From contig QHTD01000054.1 of the NCBI GenBank assembly GCA_003220675.1, positions 18,241-82,240 of the forward strand: a DNA stretch of 64,000 bases, read 5' to 3'. The number at the start of each line of letters is the position of its first letter. Positions within the stretch are counted from its first letter, which is position 1. Source of the stretch: Candidatus Rokuibacteriota bacterium (GTDB taxonomy: Bacteria; Methylomirabilota; Methylomirabilia; Rokubacteriales; CSP1-6). Shown here piece after piece: positions 39,447 to 50,600 of this stretch. The notes below the pieces were generated by a model, which was not told the origin of the DNA, did not search any database, and worked only from the letters and a program-made list of their open reading frames with translations. A program made the position numbers and the translations under genes.

Positions 39447-40978
39447 TAGCCCCTCCGCCCGCGCGCGCTCGCCACCAGCGTCCCCACGGTGACGCCGAGC
39501 GCGAGGTACGCTAACCATTCGCCGAACCGCGAGTAGAGCGTCTCGCCCGCGCGGAGCGGGAGGCGCTCGGCCATGACGGCGCGGCGGTAGAGCGACAAGC
39601 GCCGCAGGATCTGCCCGGTGGGTACGATGAAGACGGAGACGCCGGTGTTCGCCGCGCGTACGAGCGCCGTTCGGTGCTCGACGGCCCGGAACGGGTACAT
39701 GGCGAGGTGCTGCCACGGACCGTCCGTGCGACCGAACCAAGCGTCGTTCGTCATGTTCACCATCAGACGCGCTCCACCTCTCACAAATTCGCGAACGAGC
39801 TCGGGGAAGATCCCCTCGTAACAGATTACGACACCGAACGGGGCGGGCGGACCCTGGAATACCACCGCGTTCGCGCCGGGATCGAGCTCGGAGATGAACT
39901 CGGCCCAGCCCCGGATGAACCCGAGCAGGCCCGAGAGCGGGACGAACTCGCCAAACGGGACGAGGTGGATCTTGTCGTACCTGTCGACAATCCCGCGTTC
40001 CGTTAATAGAAACGCTGAATTAGTTAGTCTCGGTGGAGTCGTTTCCTTAACGTCGATCGAGCCCACGAGGAGTGGCGCCTTGACGGTTCTCGACAGGGCG
40101 ATCAGGGTGTTGAGGAGGCGCGGGTCCCCCCGTAGCGCCGCAGGCGTCGCCGTCTCCGGCCACACGACCAGGTCCGGGTGCTCGGCGCTCGCGAGCCGGG
40201 TCAGCGAGGTGTAAATCCCGAGCGTCGTCGGCGCGTGGGTCGGATCGAACTTCAGCGGCTGTTCGATCGACGGCTGCACGATGGCCACGGTGACCTCGCC
40301 CGGCCGCGCCGGCTCGGCGAGCCTCGCGCTCCCGAACGCGAGCGTCGCCGCGAGCAGCGTCCCGGCGAGCGCCGCCCCGGCGAGAGCCCCTCGCCACGGC
40401 AGCACGAGACAGCCCGCGACCGCGGTGTTCACCGCCACGAGGACGAACGACACGGCGTGGACACCCCCTAGCTCGGCGATCTGGATGACCGGCAATCTCA
40501 GATACTGCGAGTAACCGAGGGTGCCCCACGGGAACCCGCCGAGCAAGCGGGCCCGCACCCACTCCCCGGTAACCCACAGGAAGGGCGCGGCCGCGAGGGC
40601 GAGCGCGGGAGCCCGCCGCCTGCCAATCCACGACACCGCCCACGTGAAGGCGCCGACGTAGAGCCCGCAGTAGGCGGCGAGCGCGACGATCGGCAGCCAC
40701 ATGACCGGCCACGGGATGGCGCTGTACACCGTGAACGTGTGGCCAAGCCACCGGAGGAGCACGAGGAAGAACACGGTGCCGAAGAACCAGCCCCAGCCGA
40801 GCGCCACGCGCGGCGCGCGGCTCAACGCGGTGACAATGACCGGCACCACGAGGAGCCACGCGACGCCGTCCCAGTCGGTGCGCGGGAACGCGAGGGCGAG
40901 GCCGATCGCGCTGACCGACAGCAGCGCGGCGAGAGCGAGGTCCTCGCGCAGGGCCGACGCCCCGATCAGGCGCCCCAT
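39446..40978 (-). CDS. lnt: apolipoprotein N-acyltransferase
   Basis: An N-terminal multi-TM domain and a C-terminal nitrilase/CN-hydrolase domain (VVWPETA, E-K-C triad context). The start is at MGRLIGASAL, and the 193 track codons upstream are an artefact. Confidence 0.85.
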   Translation of the reverse strand: MGRLIGASALREDLALAALLSVSAIGLALAFPRTDWDGVAWLLVVPVIVTALSRAPRVALGWGWFFGTVFFLVLLRWLGHTFTVYSAIPWPVMWLPIVALAAYCGLYVGAFTWAVSWIGRRRAPALALAAAPFLWVTGEWVRARLLGGFPWGTLGYSQYLRLPVIQIAELGGVHAVSFVLVAVNTAVAGCLVLPWRGALAGAALAGTLLAATLAFGSARLAEPARPGEVTVAIVQPSIEQPLKFDPTHAPTTLGIYTSLTRLASAEHPDLVVWPETATPAALRGDPRLLNTLIALSRTVKAPLLVGSIDVKETTPPRLTNSAFLLTERGIVDRYDKIHLVPFGEFVPLSGLLGFIRGWAEFISELDPGANAVVFQGPPAPFGVVICYEGIFPELVREFVRGGARLMVNMTNDAWFGRTDGPWQHLAMYPFRAVEHRTALVRAANTGVSVFIVPTGQILRRLSLYRRAVMAERLPLRAGETLYSRFGEWLAYLALGVTVGTLVASARGRRG

Positions 40979-41691
40979 GCGAGGCGATCGGCGAGGTACC
41001 GCGGCAGGCCGCCAGCGACGATCTTGCGCTGGGCGGCGTCGACGTCGTATGGCACCCGCCTGATGACGATCGCTCCACGCTCGGCGTCCCAGAGCGCGTA
41101 CGCCGCGCGTGGGTCGCGGTCTCGGGGCTGGCCGACGCTCCCCACGTTCACGAGGTAACGGCGGCCGTGCTCGAGGTCGACCTCCACCGTACCTGGCATC
41201 CACTCGGGGCCCGTCGAGCCGAGCGACCACACGCCCGGCAGGTGGGAGTGCCCCACGAAGCAGAGGCGCGTCGTGAACGCCGCGAACACCCTGAAGCCGT
41301 CCGCGGCCGACATGAGGTACTCCCACTCCTCGGGGTGGTCGGGCGAGGCGTGGACGAGCGTCGCGTCGTCCACGTGCGCGACCAGCGGCAGCGCCGAGAG
41401 ATAGCTCCGGTGATCGTCGTCGAGACGCTCGCGCGTCCATTCCGCCGCCGCACGCGCGTAGCGGTTGAACCAGCCGAGGTCGAGGAGGCCGGCGACGGCG
41501 TGCTCGTGGTTGCCCGCCGTGATCACCTGCGCGCGCTCGGCCAACCGCTCGACGCACGCGCGCGGGTCAGCGCCGTAGCCCACGACGTCGCCGAGGCAGA
41601 GTACCGCGTCCGCCCGACCCGCCGCATCGGCCAGGACGGCGTCGAGGGCCTCGAGGTTACCGTGGATGTCAGAGACGATCGCGTAGCGCAC
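40966..41691 (-). CDS. metallophosphoesterase (calcineurin-like, YfcE/MJ0936-type)
   Basis: MRYAIVSDIHGNLEAL...LCLGDVVGYG...GNHE...GHSH metal-binding motifs. Confidence 0.7.
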   Translation of the reverse strand: MRYAIVSDIHGNLEALDAVLADAAGRADAVLCLGDVVGYGADPRACVERLAERAQVITAGNHEHAVAGLLDLGWFNRYARAAAEWTRERLDDDHRSYLSALPLVAHVDDATLVHASPDHPEEWEYLMSAADGFRVFAAFTTRLCFVGHSHLPGVWSLGSTGPEWMPGTVEVDLEHGRRYLVNVGSVGQPRDRDPRAAYALWDAERGAIVIRRVPYDVDAAQRKIVAGGLPRYLADRLAWGA

Positions 41692-41697
41692 GCCAGG

Positions 41698-42114
41698 TCA
41701 GGAAGCGGGTCGCAGCTCTTTGTGGATCCGGTCGAGGACGCCGTTGATGAAGCGGCTCGACTCCTTCGTGCCGAACTTCTTGGCGATCTCGATCGCCTCG
41801 TTGATCACGACCTTCGCCGGCACCTCGGCGGTGCAGAGGATCTCATAGACGGCCACACGCAGAATGTTGCGGTCCACGACCGCCATGCGCTCGAGGACCC
41901 AGTTCTCGGTGTACTGCTCGATCACCTGGTCGATCTTGGCCTGGTTCGTCTTCGCGCCACGGACGAGCGTCTCGGCGAACGTCCTCGCCTCGCCGGAGAG
42001 CGCATGGCGCGCCCAGAACTCCTGCTCGTGCGGGACGGGATCGTCCTCGCCCTGAAGATCGAGCTGGTAGAGGAACTGGAGAGCGACTTCCCGGGCCCTC
42101 CGGCGCGTGCCCAT
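41698..42114 (-). CDS. nusB: transcription antitermination factor NusB
   Basis: RRRAREVALQFLYQLDL... NusB fold, last gene of the rib operon as in many bacteria. Confidence 0.9.
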   Translation of the reverse strand: MGTRRRAREVALQFLYQLDLQGEDDPVPHEQEFWARHALSGEARTFAETLVRGAKTNQAKIDQVIEQYTENWVLERMAVVDRNILRVAVYEILCTAEVPAKVVINEAIEIAKKFGTKESSRFINGVLDRIHKELRPAS

Positions 42115-42693
42115 TTATCGGGTGCCGCGAGGCCGCAACAGGCGTGGGTGGCCCGAAAGAGGCGCGCGGAGCTCCGCGCGCGCGGACTTTGCGGGGCGTA
42201 CGGTCGTCGCGTCATGCCGCAGCCGGTCGATCCATTCGGCCATCGCGAGCGCCGCCTCGGCGGCCTCCTCGCCCCGGTTCGCCACCTCGCCGCCGGCGCG
42301 CGCCCACGCCTGCTCCTCGCTCAGCGCCGTCACCACGCCGAAGGTCGCGGGCACGCCGGTGGTGAGCGCCACCTCGCGGATCCCGGCCGCCGCCTCGCGC
42401 GCGACGAGCTCGAAGTGGGGTGTTTGGCCCCGGATGACCACGCCGACGCACACGATGCCCGCGTAGCGCCCGGTCGTCGCGAGGTGCTGGGCGGCCTGAG
42501 GGAGCTCGAACGACCCCGGTACCCAGTGGACCTCGACGGCGTCCCCGGGGAGGCGCGCGCTGCGGAACACCTGGAGCGCGCCGTTCACGAGACGCTGCGT
42601 GATGCGCTCGTTGAAGCGGGCGGCGACGATCGCGAACCGGAGGGAGCGCCCCAACGGACGCGCGCGGCGCACTCTGGGCGCGCGACCGGCCAT
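42115..42693 (-). CDS. ribH: 6,7-dimethyl-8-ribityllumazine synthase
   Basis: LRFAIVAARFNERIT...VPGSFELP...GVVIRGQTPHFE. Confidence 0.9.
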   Translation of the reverse strand: MAGRAPRVRRARPLGRSLRFAIVAARFNERITQRLVNGALQVFRSARLPGDAVEVHWVPGSFELPQAAQHLATTGRYAGIVCVGVVIRGQTPHFELVAREAAAGIREVALTTGVPATFGVVTALSEEQAWARAGGEVANRGEEAAEAALAMAEWIDRLRHDATTVRPAKSARAELRAPLSGHPRLLRPRGTR

Positions 42694-42694
42694 C

Positions 42695-43906
42695 TCAGTC
42701 CGGGAGCGACGAAAGGAGATGCCCGAGCTTGTCGCGCTTCGTGCTCAGGTACTTCCGGTTGGCTTCGTTGGCCGGGATCTCGATCGGCACGCGCTCGGCG
42801 ATGTGCAGGCCGTAGCCCTCCAGCCCGACGATCTTCTTCGGGTTGTTGGTGAGCAGCCGGAGGTGCTTCACGCCCAGATCCACGAGGATCTGGGCGCCGA
42901 TCCCGTAGTCGCGCAGATCGGCCTTGAAGCCGAGCGCTGCATTGGCCTCGACCGTGTCCTTTCCCTGGTCCTGGAGCTCGTAGGCGCGCATCTTGTTGAG
43001 CAGCCCGATGCCCCGCCCTTCCTGGCGCATGTAAACGAAAACGCCGCGCCCCTCGGCCTGGATGATCGCCAGCGCCTTCTCGAGCTGGAGCCCGCAGTCG
43101 CACCGGCGCGAGTGGAAGACGTCGCCGATCAGACACTCGGAGTGGACGCGGACGAGCACCGGGGCGTCCCCCGCCACCTGCCCCATGACGAGGGCGAGCG
43201 GCACGCGACTGTCCACGCTCGTGTCGTAGGTGATCGCGATGAATTCGCCCCAGTCCGTGGGGAGCTTGGTTGTGGCGATCCGTCTGACCAGCTTCTCCTT
43301 GCGGATCCGGTACTCGATCAGATCCTTGATGGTGATCATCGTGAGTCCGTGCGCCAGGGCGAGCTCCTGGAGCTCGGGCACCCGCGCCATCCCGCCATCC
43401 TCGTCGAGGACCTCGCAGATGACACCGGCCGGGTAAGAGCCCGCGAGCCGCGCGAGGTCCACCGCCGCCTCGGTGTGGCCGGCGCGGCGCAGGACGCCGC
43501 CCGGCATCGCCCGCAGCGGAAGGACGTGGCCAGGGCGGGTGAGATCCTCGGCCCGCATCTGCGGATCGACCAGCGTGCGGATCGTGACCGCGCGGTCGTA
43601 GGCGGAGGTGCCGGTCGTGACGCCACGTCTGGCGTCGACCGTCACGGTGAACGCGGTCGCCATGGGCGCCGTGTTGTCCGAGACCATCATCGAGATCTTG
43701 AGTTCGTCCAGCCGCTCGCCGGTCATCGGTACACAGATGAGGCCGCGGCCGTACTTGGCCATGAAGTTGACGGCCTCCGGCGTGACCTTGTCGGCGGCCA
43801 TGACGAGATCGCCCTCGTTCTCGCGATCCTCGTCGTCGACGACCACGAGGATGCGTCCCGCGCGGATCTCCTCGATGGCCGCCTCGATGCTCGCAAACCC
43901 CGTCAT
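42695..43906 (-). CDS. ribBA: bifunctional 3,4-dihydroxy-2-butanone-4-phosphate synthase / GTP cyclohydrolase II
   Basis: The N-terminal DHBP synthase ([11 protein letters not shown]) and C-terminal GCHII (CxCxxC-type Zn site CDCGLQ). Confidence 0.9.
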   Translation of the reverse strand: MTGFASIEAAIEEIRAGRILVVVDDEDRENEGDLVMAADKVTPEAVNFMAKYGRGLICVPMTGERLDELKISMMVSDNTAPMATAFTVTVDARRGVTTGTSAYDRAVTIRTLVDPQMRAEDLTRPGHVLPLRAMPGGVLRRAGHTEAAVDLARLAGSYPAGVICEVLDEDGGMARVPELQELALAHGLTMITIKDLIEYRIRKEKLVRRIATTKLPTDWGEFIAITYDTSVDSRVPLALVMGQVAGDAPVLVRVHSECLIGDVFHSRRCDCGLQLEKALAIIQAEGRGVFVYMRQEGRGIGLLNKMRAYELQDQGKDTVEANAALGFKADLRDYGIGAQILVDLGVKHLRLLTNNPKKIVGLEGYGLHIAERVPIEIPANEANRKYLSTKRDKLGHLLSSLPD

Positions 43907-44505
43907 GTCGCCCCCCTGAGCGCCAGCGATCGGACCAGGTACTTGCCGATCAGGTCGGCCTCGACGTTCGTCGCCTGCCCGGGCCTGAGCCGGCCGAGCG
44001 TCGTCGCGGCCAGCGTATACGGAATCAGCATGACCTCGAAGCTCATGTCGCCCAGCGCGGCTACTGTGAGGCTCACGCCGTCCACGGCCACCGACCCCTG
44101 GGGAATCAGCAGCGGCTCGAGCTCCCGGCTAGGCAGCGCGATCCGCACCCGCGTGGTTGATTCTACACGCGTTACCTCCTCCACGGTGCCGACTCCGTCC
44201 ACGTGCCCGAGCACAAGGTGGCCGCCCAGCGCGCCCCCGAAGCGCAGCGGCCGCTCGAGGTTGACGGGGTCGCTCGGCTGGAGCCGACCGAGCGTCGTCC
44301 GGGCGAGCGTCTCCGGCCCGAGCTCGAAGACGAACCGGTCCGCGCGGCGCTCGACTACCGTGAGGCACGCGCCGTTCACGGCCACGCTCGCGCCGACGTC
44401 GCTGCCCTCAAGGCTCACCGTGGCCTTGACGCTGAGCCGCGTGGCCTCGCCCCCGCGCGCAAGCCCGACGACGGTCCCCATCTCCTCGACGATCCCGGTG
44501 AACAT
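43903..44505 (-). CDS. ribE: riboflavin synthase alpha subunit
   Basis: [10 protein letters not shown]... two lumazine-binding repeats. The start is at codon 30 of the track ORF. Confidence 0.85.
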   Translation of the reverse strand: MFTGIVEEMGTVVGLARGGEATRLSVKATVSLEGSDVGASVAVNGACLTVVERRADRFVFELGPETLARTTLGRLQPSDPVNLERPLRFGGALGGHLVLGHVDGVGTVEEVTRVESTTRVRIALPSRELEPLLIPQGSVAVDGVSLTVAALGDMSFEVMLIPYTLAATTLGRLRPGQATNVEADLIGKYLVRSLALRGAT

Positions 44506-44673
44506 CTCAACGTCGGCCGGGGGAGTCCGAGGGGGGCGTAGCCCCCTTCGGCTGGTGAGACCGGCGCCGCATCCCCGGCCGACACCCCCCACCGGTCACC
44601 CGCGCCGCCCTGACCCGCACACCGTTTGCGCGGGCGAAGCCCGCGCTCGAACCGCGGTTCGTCCCACCCATCC

Positions 44674-45795
44674 TTAGGCTTCCCGCGGCCCGCGGATCAC
44701 GTCCGCCTCCACCAAGATATCGTCGCCGACCGGCGTGACAGTGAGCGGCCCGAGCCTCACCCCGTTCTTCAACTCCCGGCCGGCGCCACCGACGACGGAG
44801 GGCGCCGCGCGCCCGCCCACGAGGAGCGGTGCCAGGAAGACCGCCACGCGGTCCACGAGACCAGCATCCAGGAAAGCCGCGTGGACCTCTCCGCCACCCT
44901 CCACCAGGACGCCCCGCACTTCGCGCGCAAAGAGCTCACCCAGGAGGAACCCCAGATCGACGCGCCCGTCGCGTGTCGGGCACCTGATGACGGTAGCGCC
45001 CACCGCCCGAAGCGGGCGGACCCGTTCCTCGGGTACCCCGTCGCCGACGGCGACGACTGCGCGCGCCGGATCCCCGGCTGACATGAAGCGCGCCCCGGGC
45101 GGCGTGCGCCCCTCGGTGTCGAGCGCCACGCGGTACGGCTCCCGCGGCCAGGGTTCGTCGAGGCGGACGGTCAGCTCGGGGTCGTCGCGCAGTACCGTGG
45201 TGACGCCGACGATGATGGCGTCGGCCTCGCTCCTGAGCCGGTGCGCGCGCGCCCGGGCCCGCTCGCCCGTGATCCAGCGGGAGGCACCCTGGGTGTCGGC
45301 GATCTTCCCGTCGAGCGTCATCGCCGCCTTGAGCGTCACGTGGGGCCGTCGCTCCCGCATCGCGGTGAAGAACACCCGGTTCTGGAGCGCGGCCTCCTCC
45401 GCAAGGAGCCCGACGGCCACCTCGACTCCTGCCCGGCGCAGGACCTCGAACCCGCGGCCCGCGACGAGCGGGTTCGGATCCACGAGCGGGGCTACGACGC
45501 GCGCCACGCCCGCGCCGACTATCGCCGTGGCGCAGGGCGGCGTGCGGCCCTGGTGGGCGCACGGCTCCAGGGTCAGGTAGAGCATCGCGCCGCGCGCGCG
45601 AGGCCCCGCCGCGCGGAGCGCCTCGATCTCGGCGTGCGGCGCGCCAGCCTTCATGTGGACCCCCTCGCCGACGACCGCACCGCTCGGCGCAACGACGACG
45701 GCGCCGACCATCGGGTTCGGCGACGTGAGCCCCCGCCCCCGCTCGGCGAGCTCGAGCGCCCGCCGCATGAAGCGCTCGTCGCTCGAGGTCATCCG
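44674..45795 (-). CDS. ribD: bifunctional diaminohydroxyphosphoribosylaminopyrimidine deaminase / 5-amino-6-(5-phosphoribosylamino)uracil reductase
   Basis: The CDA Zn motif HAEIEAL...LEPCAHQGRTPPC plus a C-terminal RibD reductase domain. The start MTSSDERFMRRALELA overlaps the ftsY stop. Confidence 0.85.
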   Translation of the reverse strand, partial: RMTSSDERFMRRALELAERGRGLTSPNPMVGAVVVAPSGAVVGEGVHMKAGAPHAEIEALRAAGPRARGAMLYLTLEPCAHQGRTPPCATAIVGAGVARVVAPLVDPNPLVAGRGFEVLRRAGVEVAVGLLAEEAALQNRVFFTAMRERRPHVTLKAAMTLDGKIADTQGASRWITGERARARAHRLRSEADAIIVGVTTVLRDDPELTVRLDEPWPREPYRVALDTEGRTPPGARFMSAGDPARAVVAVGDGVPEERVRPLRAVGATVIRCPTRDGRVDLGFLLGELFAREVRGVLVEGGGEVHAAFLDAGLVDRVAVFLAPLLVGGRAAPSVVGGAGRELKNGVRLGPLTVTPVGDDILVEADVIRGPREA

Positions 45796-46715
45796 GCCGG
45801 CACCAGAGCGTCCACGAACGCCTCCGGGTCGAACGGCTGGAGGTCGTCGATGCGCTCGCCGACGCCGATCAGCTTGATCGGGACCTTCAGCTCGCGCACG
45901 ATCCGCACGACGATGCCGCCTTTGGCGGTGCCGTCGAGCTTCGTGAGGGCGACCCCCGTGAGACCGATCGCCTCGTGGAACATGCGCGCCTGGGCGAAGC
46001 CGTTCTGGCCCGTCGGCGCATCGAGGACCATGAGCGACTCGTGCGGAGCGCCCGGGAGCTGCCGCTCGATCACCCGCTTGAGCTTCGCCAGCTCCTCCAT
46101 CAGGTTCGTCTTGGTGTGCAAGCGCCCGGCCGTGTCGATGATCAGCGCATCCACCCCGCGGGCTGTCGCCGCCTTCACCGCGTCGAACACGACCGCCGCG
46201 GGGTCCGAGCCGGCCGCCTGGTGGATCACCTCGACGCCGATCCGCTCGCCCCATCGCTGGAGCTGCTCGATCGCCGCGGCCCGGAACGTGTCCGCGGCTG
46301 CGAGGAGGACTTGCTTGTGCGATCCCTTGAGGGCGGCGGCGAGCTTGGCCGCGGTCGTCGTCTTCCCCGCACCGTTGACCCCGAGCATCAGCACCGTGGC
46401 GGGCCGGTGGTCGAGGTTGAGCGACCGCGCCGCGGGCTGGAGGGTATCGGCGAGGAATCGGCGGAAGAGCGGGCGGAGCTGGTCGGCGCGCGTGACGGTC
46501 CCGAACATGACCTCCTCGCGCGCGCGGTTCGTGAAGTCGGCGGCGAGCGCGGCGCCCAGGTCGGCCGCGATGAGCAGCTCCTCGAGCTCCTCGTAGAGCG
46601 CATCGTCGATCGGCCGCTCGGGCTCGAGCACCGCGCTCAGACCGCTCCCGAGGTACTCCTGCGACCGCTTGAGCCCCTCGCGGAGCCGGTCCCTGAGGCC
46701 GGAGAGGAACGTCAC
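45789..46715 (-). CDS. ftsY: signal recognition particle receptor FtsY (NG domain only)
   Basis: GVNGAGKTTTAAKLA ... DTAGR ... TKLDGTAKGG SRP-GTPase motifs. Confidence 0.85.
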   Translation of the reverse strand: MTFLSGLRDRLREGLKRSQEYLGSGLSAVLEPERPIDDALYEELEELLIAADLGAALAADFTNRAREEVMFGTVTRADQLRPLFRRFLADTLQPAARSLNLDHRPATVLMLGVNGAGKTTTAAKLAAALKGSHKQVLLAAADTFRAAAIEQLQRWGERIGVEVIHQAAGSDPAAVVFDAVKAATARGVDALIIDTAGRLHTKTNLMEELAKLKRVIERQLPGAPHESLMVLDAPTGQNGFAQARMFHEAIGLTGVALTKLDGTAKGGIVVRIVRELKVPIKLIGVGERIDDLQPFDPEAFVDALVPAG

Positions 46716-47554
46716 GGACCTTCCGGCACGACGAGCCGCGCGATCACGGTGCCGCTCGGGCCGAGCGGCGGCAGGAGGCGGCCGTTCAGCTCGAGGGTGA
46801 CCCCTCCCGCGTTACCGATGCTGAGGACGAACGGCTCGTTCGAGATCCACTCGCGGACCTCGCCGGCCGGGATGTTCTCCTCGCTCGTCCGTCCATCCCC
46901 GGTGCGCACTCGCATCCACGTCGCCTCCGTCGTGCGGGCGACGAGCCGATAACGTGACGCAACGTCGTCGATCACACCAACGGGGGTGGAGGTGGGCGGC
47001 ACCGGCGGTCTCGGCCCCGACGCCACTGTGGTTGACGGTAGCACCGACGAGGGCTCGAGACTCGGCGCCTTGGCCGCCACGCTGGGCCGCGCCGCCGGCG
47101 GCGCCGGGGGCGCGCCCGCCGACGCGGGCGCCCGCTGCTCGCCCCGGCGCTCCCCCGCAGGCTGGAGCGCGAGCGTCACCAAGAAGAGGGCGACGCCGAG
47201 GACGACGAGCAGGACGAAGCTCACGAGGACCGCGCCGCGACCACGGTTCTCCCGGCGCGTCCCCAACTCCCGCGACTTCCGCGACTCGGGCAGAGCGGCG
47301 TCGTGTCCGTGGACGGCGTGCGGCTGCACCCCTTCCTGATAGCGGGCGAGCGCCTCGTCAGGAGGCTCGCGGAGGACCTGACAGTACGCGCGGATGAATC
47401 CCCGCGTGAAGGCGGGGGCCGGAAGCGCGGCGAGATCGTCCGCCTCGAGCAATTCCAGATATTGGTGCAGGACCCGAGTGGAGCGGGAGATCTCGTCGAG
47501 GGAGAGCCCTCGCCGCTCGCGGAGCTCGCGGAGATAAGAGCCGACCGACGACAT
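46712..47554 (-). CDS. RodZ-like cytoskeleton protein (XRE HTH, one TM, Pro-rich linker, DUF4115)
   Basis: N-terminal HTH LRELRERRGLSLDEISRSTRV, a TM VLVSFVLLVVLGVALFLV, and a C-terminal DUF4115-like beta domain. Confidence 0.55.
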   Translation of the reverse strand: MSSVGSYLRELRERRGLSLDEISRSTRVLHQYLELLEADDLAALPAPAFTRGFIRAYCQVLREPPDEALARYQEGVQPHAVHGHDAALPESRKSRELGTRRENRGRGAVLVSFVLLVVLGVALFLVTLALQPAGERRGEQRAPASAGAPPAPPAARPSVAAKAPSLEPSSVLPSTTVASGPRPPVPPTSTPVGVIDDVASRYRLVARTTEATWMRVRTGDGRTSEENIPAGEVREWISNEPFVLSIGNAGGVTLELNGRLLPPLGPSGTVIARLVVPEGP

Positions 47555-47616
47555 ACCTGCGTCGGCGAGTTTAGCCTATTTCGTCAGCCCCTTCACCGAT
47601 TTACTGAGCGCTCGCC

Positions 47617-50600
47617 CTAGGCGTTGAGGTTGACCGAGACGAGCTTCGAGAGCCCAGGCTCCTCCATGGTGACGCCGTAGAGGATGTCGGCTGCCTCCAT
47701 GGTCTTCCGGTTGTGCGTGATCACGAGGAACTGGGTCCGGCTCGTCAGCTCACGCAGGACGCGCAGGAACCGGTGGATGTTGGCATCGTCGAGGGGCGCG
47801 TCTACCTCGTCGAGGACGCAGAACGGGCTTGGCCTGAAGTAGAAGATCGCGAACAGGAGCGCCAGGCCCGTCAGCGCGCGCTCACCGCCCGAGAGCAGCG
47901 TCACGGACTGCAGGCGTTTGCCCCGGGGCTGGGCCATCAGCTCCACGCCGGTGTCGAGCGGGTCGCCGCCCTCTTCCGCCTCGACGAGCCGGAGCTCGGC
48001 CCGGCCGCCCTCGAAGAGACGCTCGAAGAGCTCCACAAAGTGACGGTTGACGTCCTGAAACGCCTGGGCGAAGCGCTCCTGCGCGCTCCGCGTCATGCCC
48101 CGCAGCGCTTTTTCGAGGTCTTTGATCGAGGCGACGAGGTCGTCGTGCTGTGTCTGGAGGAACCCGAGCCGCTCGTCGAGCTCGCGGTACTCGTCGTCGG
48201 CGACGAGGTTCACGGGTCCGATCGCGGCCAGCTTTCCCTCGAGCTCGACGATTCGCGCCCGGACCGTCTCGAGGTCCCGCGCCGGGTCGTGCTGGGCGGC
48301 GAGCGCCGCGTCCGCCACGCCGTACGCCCGCCACGCCTCCTGCTCGAGCTCCTCGCGCCTCACCCGGCACTCCGTCGCCCTCAGGTCGATCTCGTGGATC
48401 GAGGCGATGAGCCGGCCGAGCTCGCCGTCCACCGCCCGCTGGTCGACCTCGATCGTGCGCAGCTCCCCCGCGAGCTCCTCGTGGCGCTCTGCCGCCCTCC
48501 GCACCTCGGCGTCCATCCGATCGCGCTCGACCGCGACTTCGCGCGCGCTCGCGTCGGTGCGCTCCCTCTCCTCGCCGAGCCAGGCTCCCCGGTCGGCGAG
48601 CTGCGTCTGGCGCTGTCGGGCCTGGTCGATGCGCACGGTGAGGTCTCGCTCGATGTCGTCGATCCGGGTGAGCTCGCGGCCCAGCGCCTCCACGCGCTCC
48701 GTGGTGGACGCCAGGTTCACGCGGCACCCGGTCGTCTCCGCGACCAGCTCCGTTTCCCGCGTCTGCGCGGCCTCGATCGCCTCTCGGAGCCGTGCCATCT
48801 GCGCCTCGTGGGTCGCCTCGGCCTCGCGCGCGAGCGCAACGCGCTGCTCGAGCTGGCGGAGTGTCGCCACGGTTTCGGCGCCCTCCTGCGCGACCTGGCG
48901 TGCCTCCACCTGGATCGTCTCGCGGTGCCGGTGGACCCGCTCGTGCTCCCGCGCCGCCTGCTCGAGGTCCTTCGCGCTGGCGAGCTGGTCCGCCTCCCGC
49001 GTGTGGAAGGTCCGCTCGATCCCGGCGAGCTCGGCCCGGATCGCCGACACCTCGACCTCGAGCCGTGCCACCCGGGCTTGGGTCTCGCCCGCCACGGTCG
49101 AGAGGCGGCGCACCTCCTCCTCGAGCTCGCGCACCTGGCGCTTGCGCGCGAGCAGCGAGTGCTCGACGTCGGCCGCGGGCGCCGGGCCACCGCCGTGGAG
49201 CCGTCCGGTCGGGCCGAGCACCTCGCCCGCCGGTGTGACGTACGTCGCCACGACGCCGTTCAGCCGCCAGAGCGCCTCCGCCTGGTCGAGGTGGTCGACG
49301 ATCACGACCTGCCCGAGGAGGTAGTGGACGAGGCTCAGGCTCGGCGCGCCCACGCTCAGCGCCACCCAGCTCACGCCGTTCTGGTCCGGCAGCGGGCCAG
49401 TCGGCACGGGCAGGTGTTCGAGCGGCAGGAACGTGGCCGCACCCAGCGAACGCTCTTGGAGGTACGCGACCGCCGCGCGCGCGTGCTCGAAGCGTTCGAC
49501 GACCACCCACTGGAGACGCTCGCCCAGGACCGCTTCGATCGCGCGTTCCATGCCCGGTGGCACCTCCAGGAGGTCCGCCACCGTCCCCACGACGCCCGCC
49601 AGCGCCGCCGCGCGTCCTTCCCCGAACACGGCGCGCACGCCCGCGCCGTAGCCCTCGCGGGCACGCTCGAGCTCTGCAAGCGCTTCGAGACTCGACCGCC
49701 GAGCCGCGAGCGTGACCCGCGCGTTCGCCAGCGCGCCCGCCGCCTCGGCCAGGCGACGCTCCTCCGCCGCGAGCCGCGCCGCGAGGCGCTCGCGCTCGCC
49801 CGCGAGCGCGCCGAGCTCCGTCTCGGCCACGTCGCGCGCTTGGGCGAGGCTCGCGCGGAGTGCCAGAATCCGCGCCGCCTCGGCCTCCGCGTCAGCGACC
49901 TCGGCCGCGAGCCGCTCCGCGCGCCGGCGGAGCTGGGCCTCGCGCTCCCGCAGCTCGCCCGCGTGCCGCATGAGGTCGACGCGCTCGGCGGCCACCCGCA
50001 CCTGCTCGAGCCGCGCCGCCTCGGCTCGCTCGCGCTCCGCGGTGAGGGCCTCGCGGTGGCGCTCGAGTGCGGCGGCGAGCGCGTCCGCCGTGCGCGCCCG
50101 CTCCTCGGCGAGCCGTGACGCTTCGGTGAGCGACTGCCGCGCGGTCTCACGCTCGCCGACGATCGCGCCGAGCCGCTCTGATGCGGTGCCGATCTCCTCG
50201 TCGAGGCGGAGGGCCTCCTCGCGGAGCTCCTGGAGCTGGACGCCCATCTGCTCGCGCCGCTCGAGCAGCCGCTCGAGCTCGCCCTGCACCTTCTGGACCG
50301 ACTGCCGGAGGTCCGAGAGGCTGTGGTCGCTCTCCTGGAGCCGCTCGCGCTGCCGCGCCTCCCGCGCCGCGAGCTGGGCGGAACGCGTCCGGAGCGCCTG
50401 CTCCTGGTCGCGCAGACGGGTGAGCTCCCCCGCGAGCCGCTCGCCCTCCGCGACGCGCGCCATGTACTCGGCCGCGAGAACCGCGAGCGCGAGGTCGCGC
50501 TTTGTAGTCTGGAGCGCCTTGTACTGCCGTGCCTTTTTCGCCTGCCGCTCGAGCGAGGAGAGCTGGCGCTTGACCTCGTCCATGACGTCGCGCACGCGGA

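Noticed and set aside
42115-42693. C-terminal extension of RibH (192 aa versus the usual 155) as an extra domain
   Set aside because: The extra residues are low-complexity R/P-rich and likely reflect a start or stop placement ambiguity next to nusB, not a real added domain.
44506-44673. FMN riboswitch in the rib operon
   Set aside because: I looked for the conserved aptamer core elements and found none. Only a short GC hairpin is present. I kept this as a low-interest finding rather than a feature.
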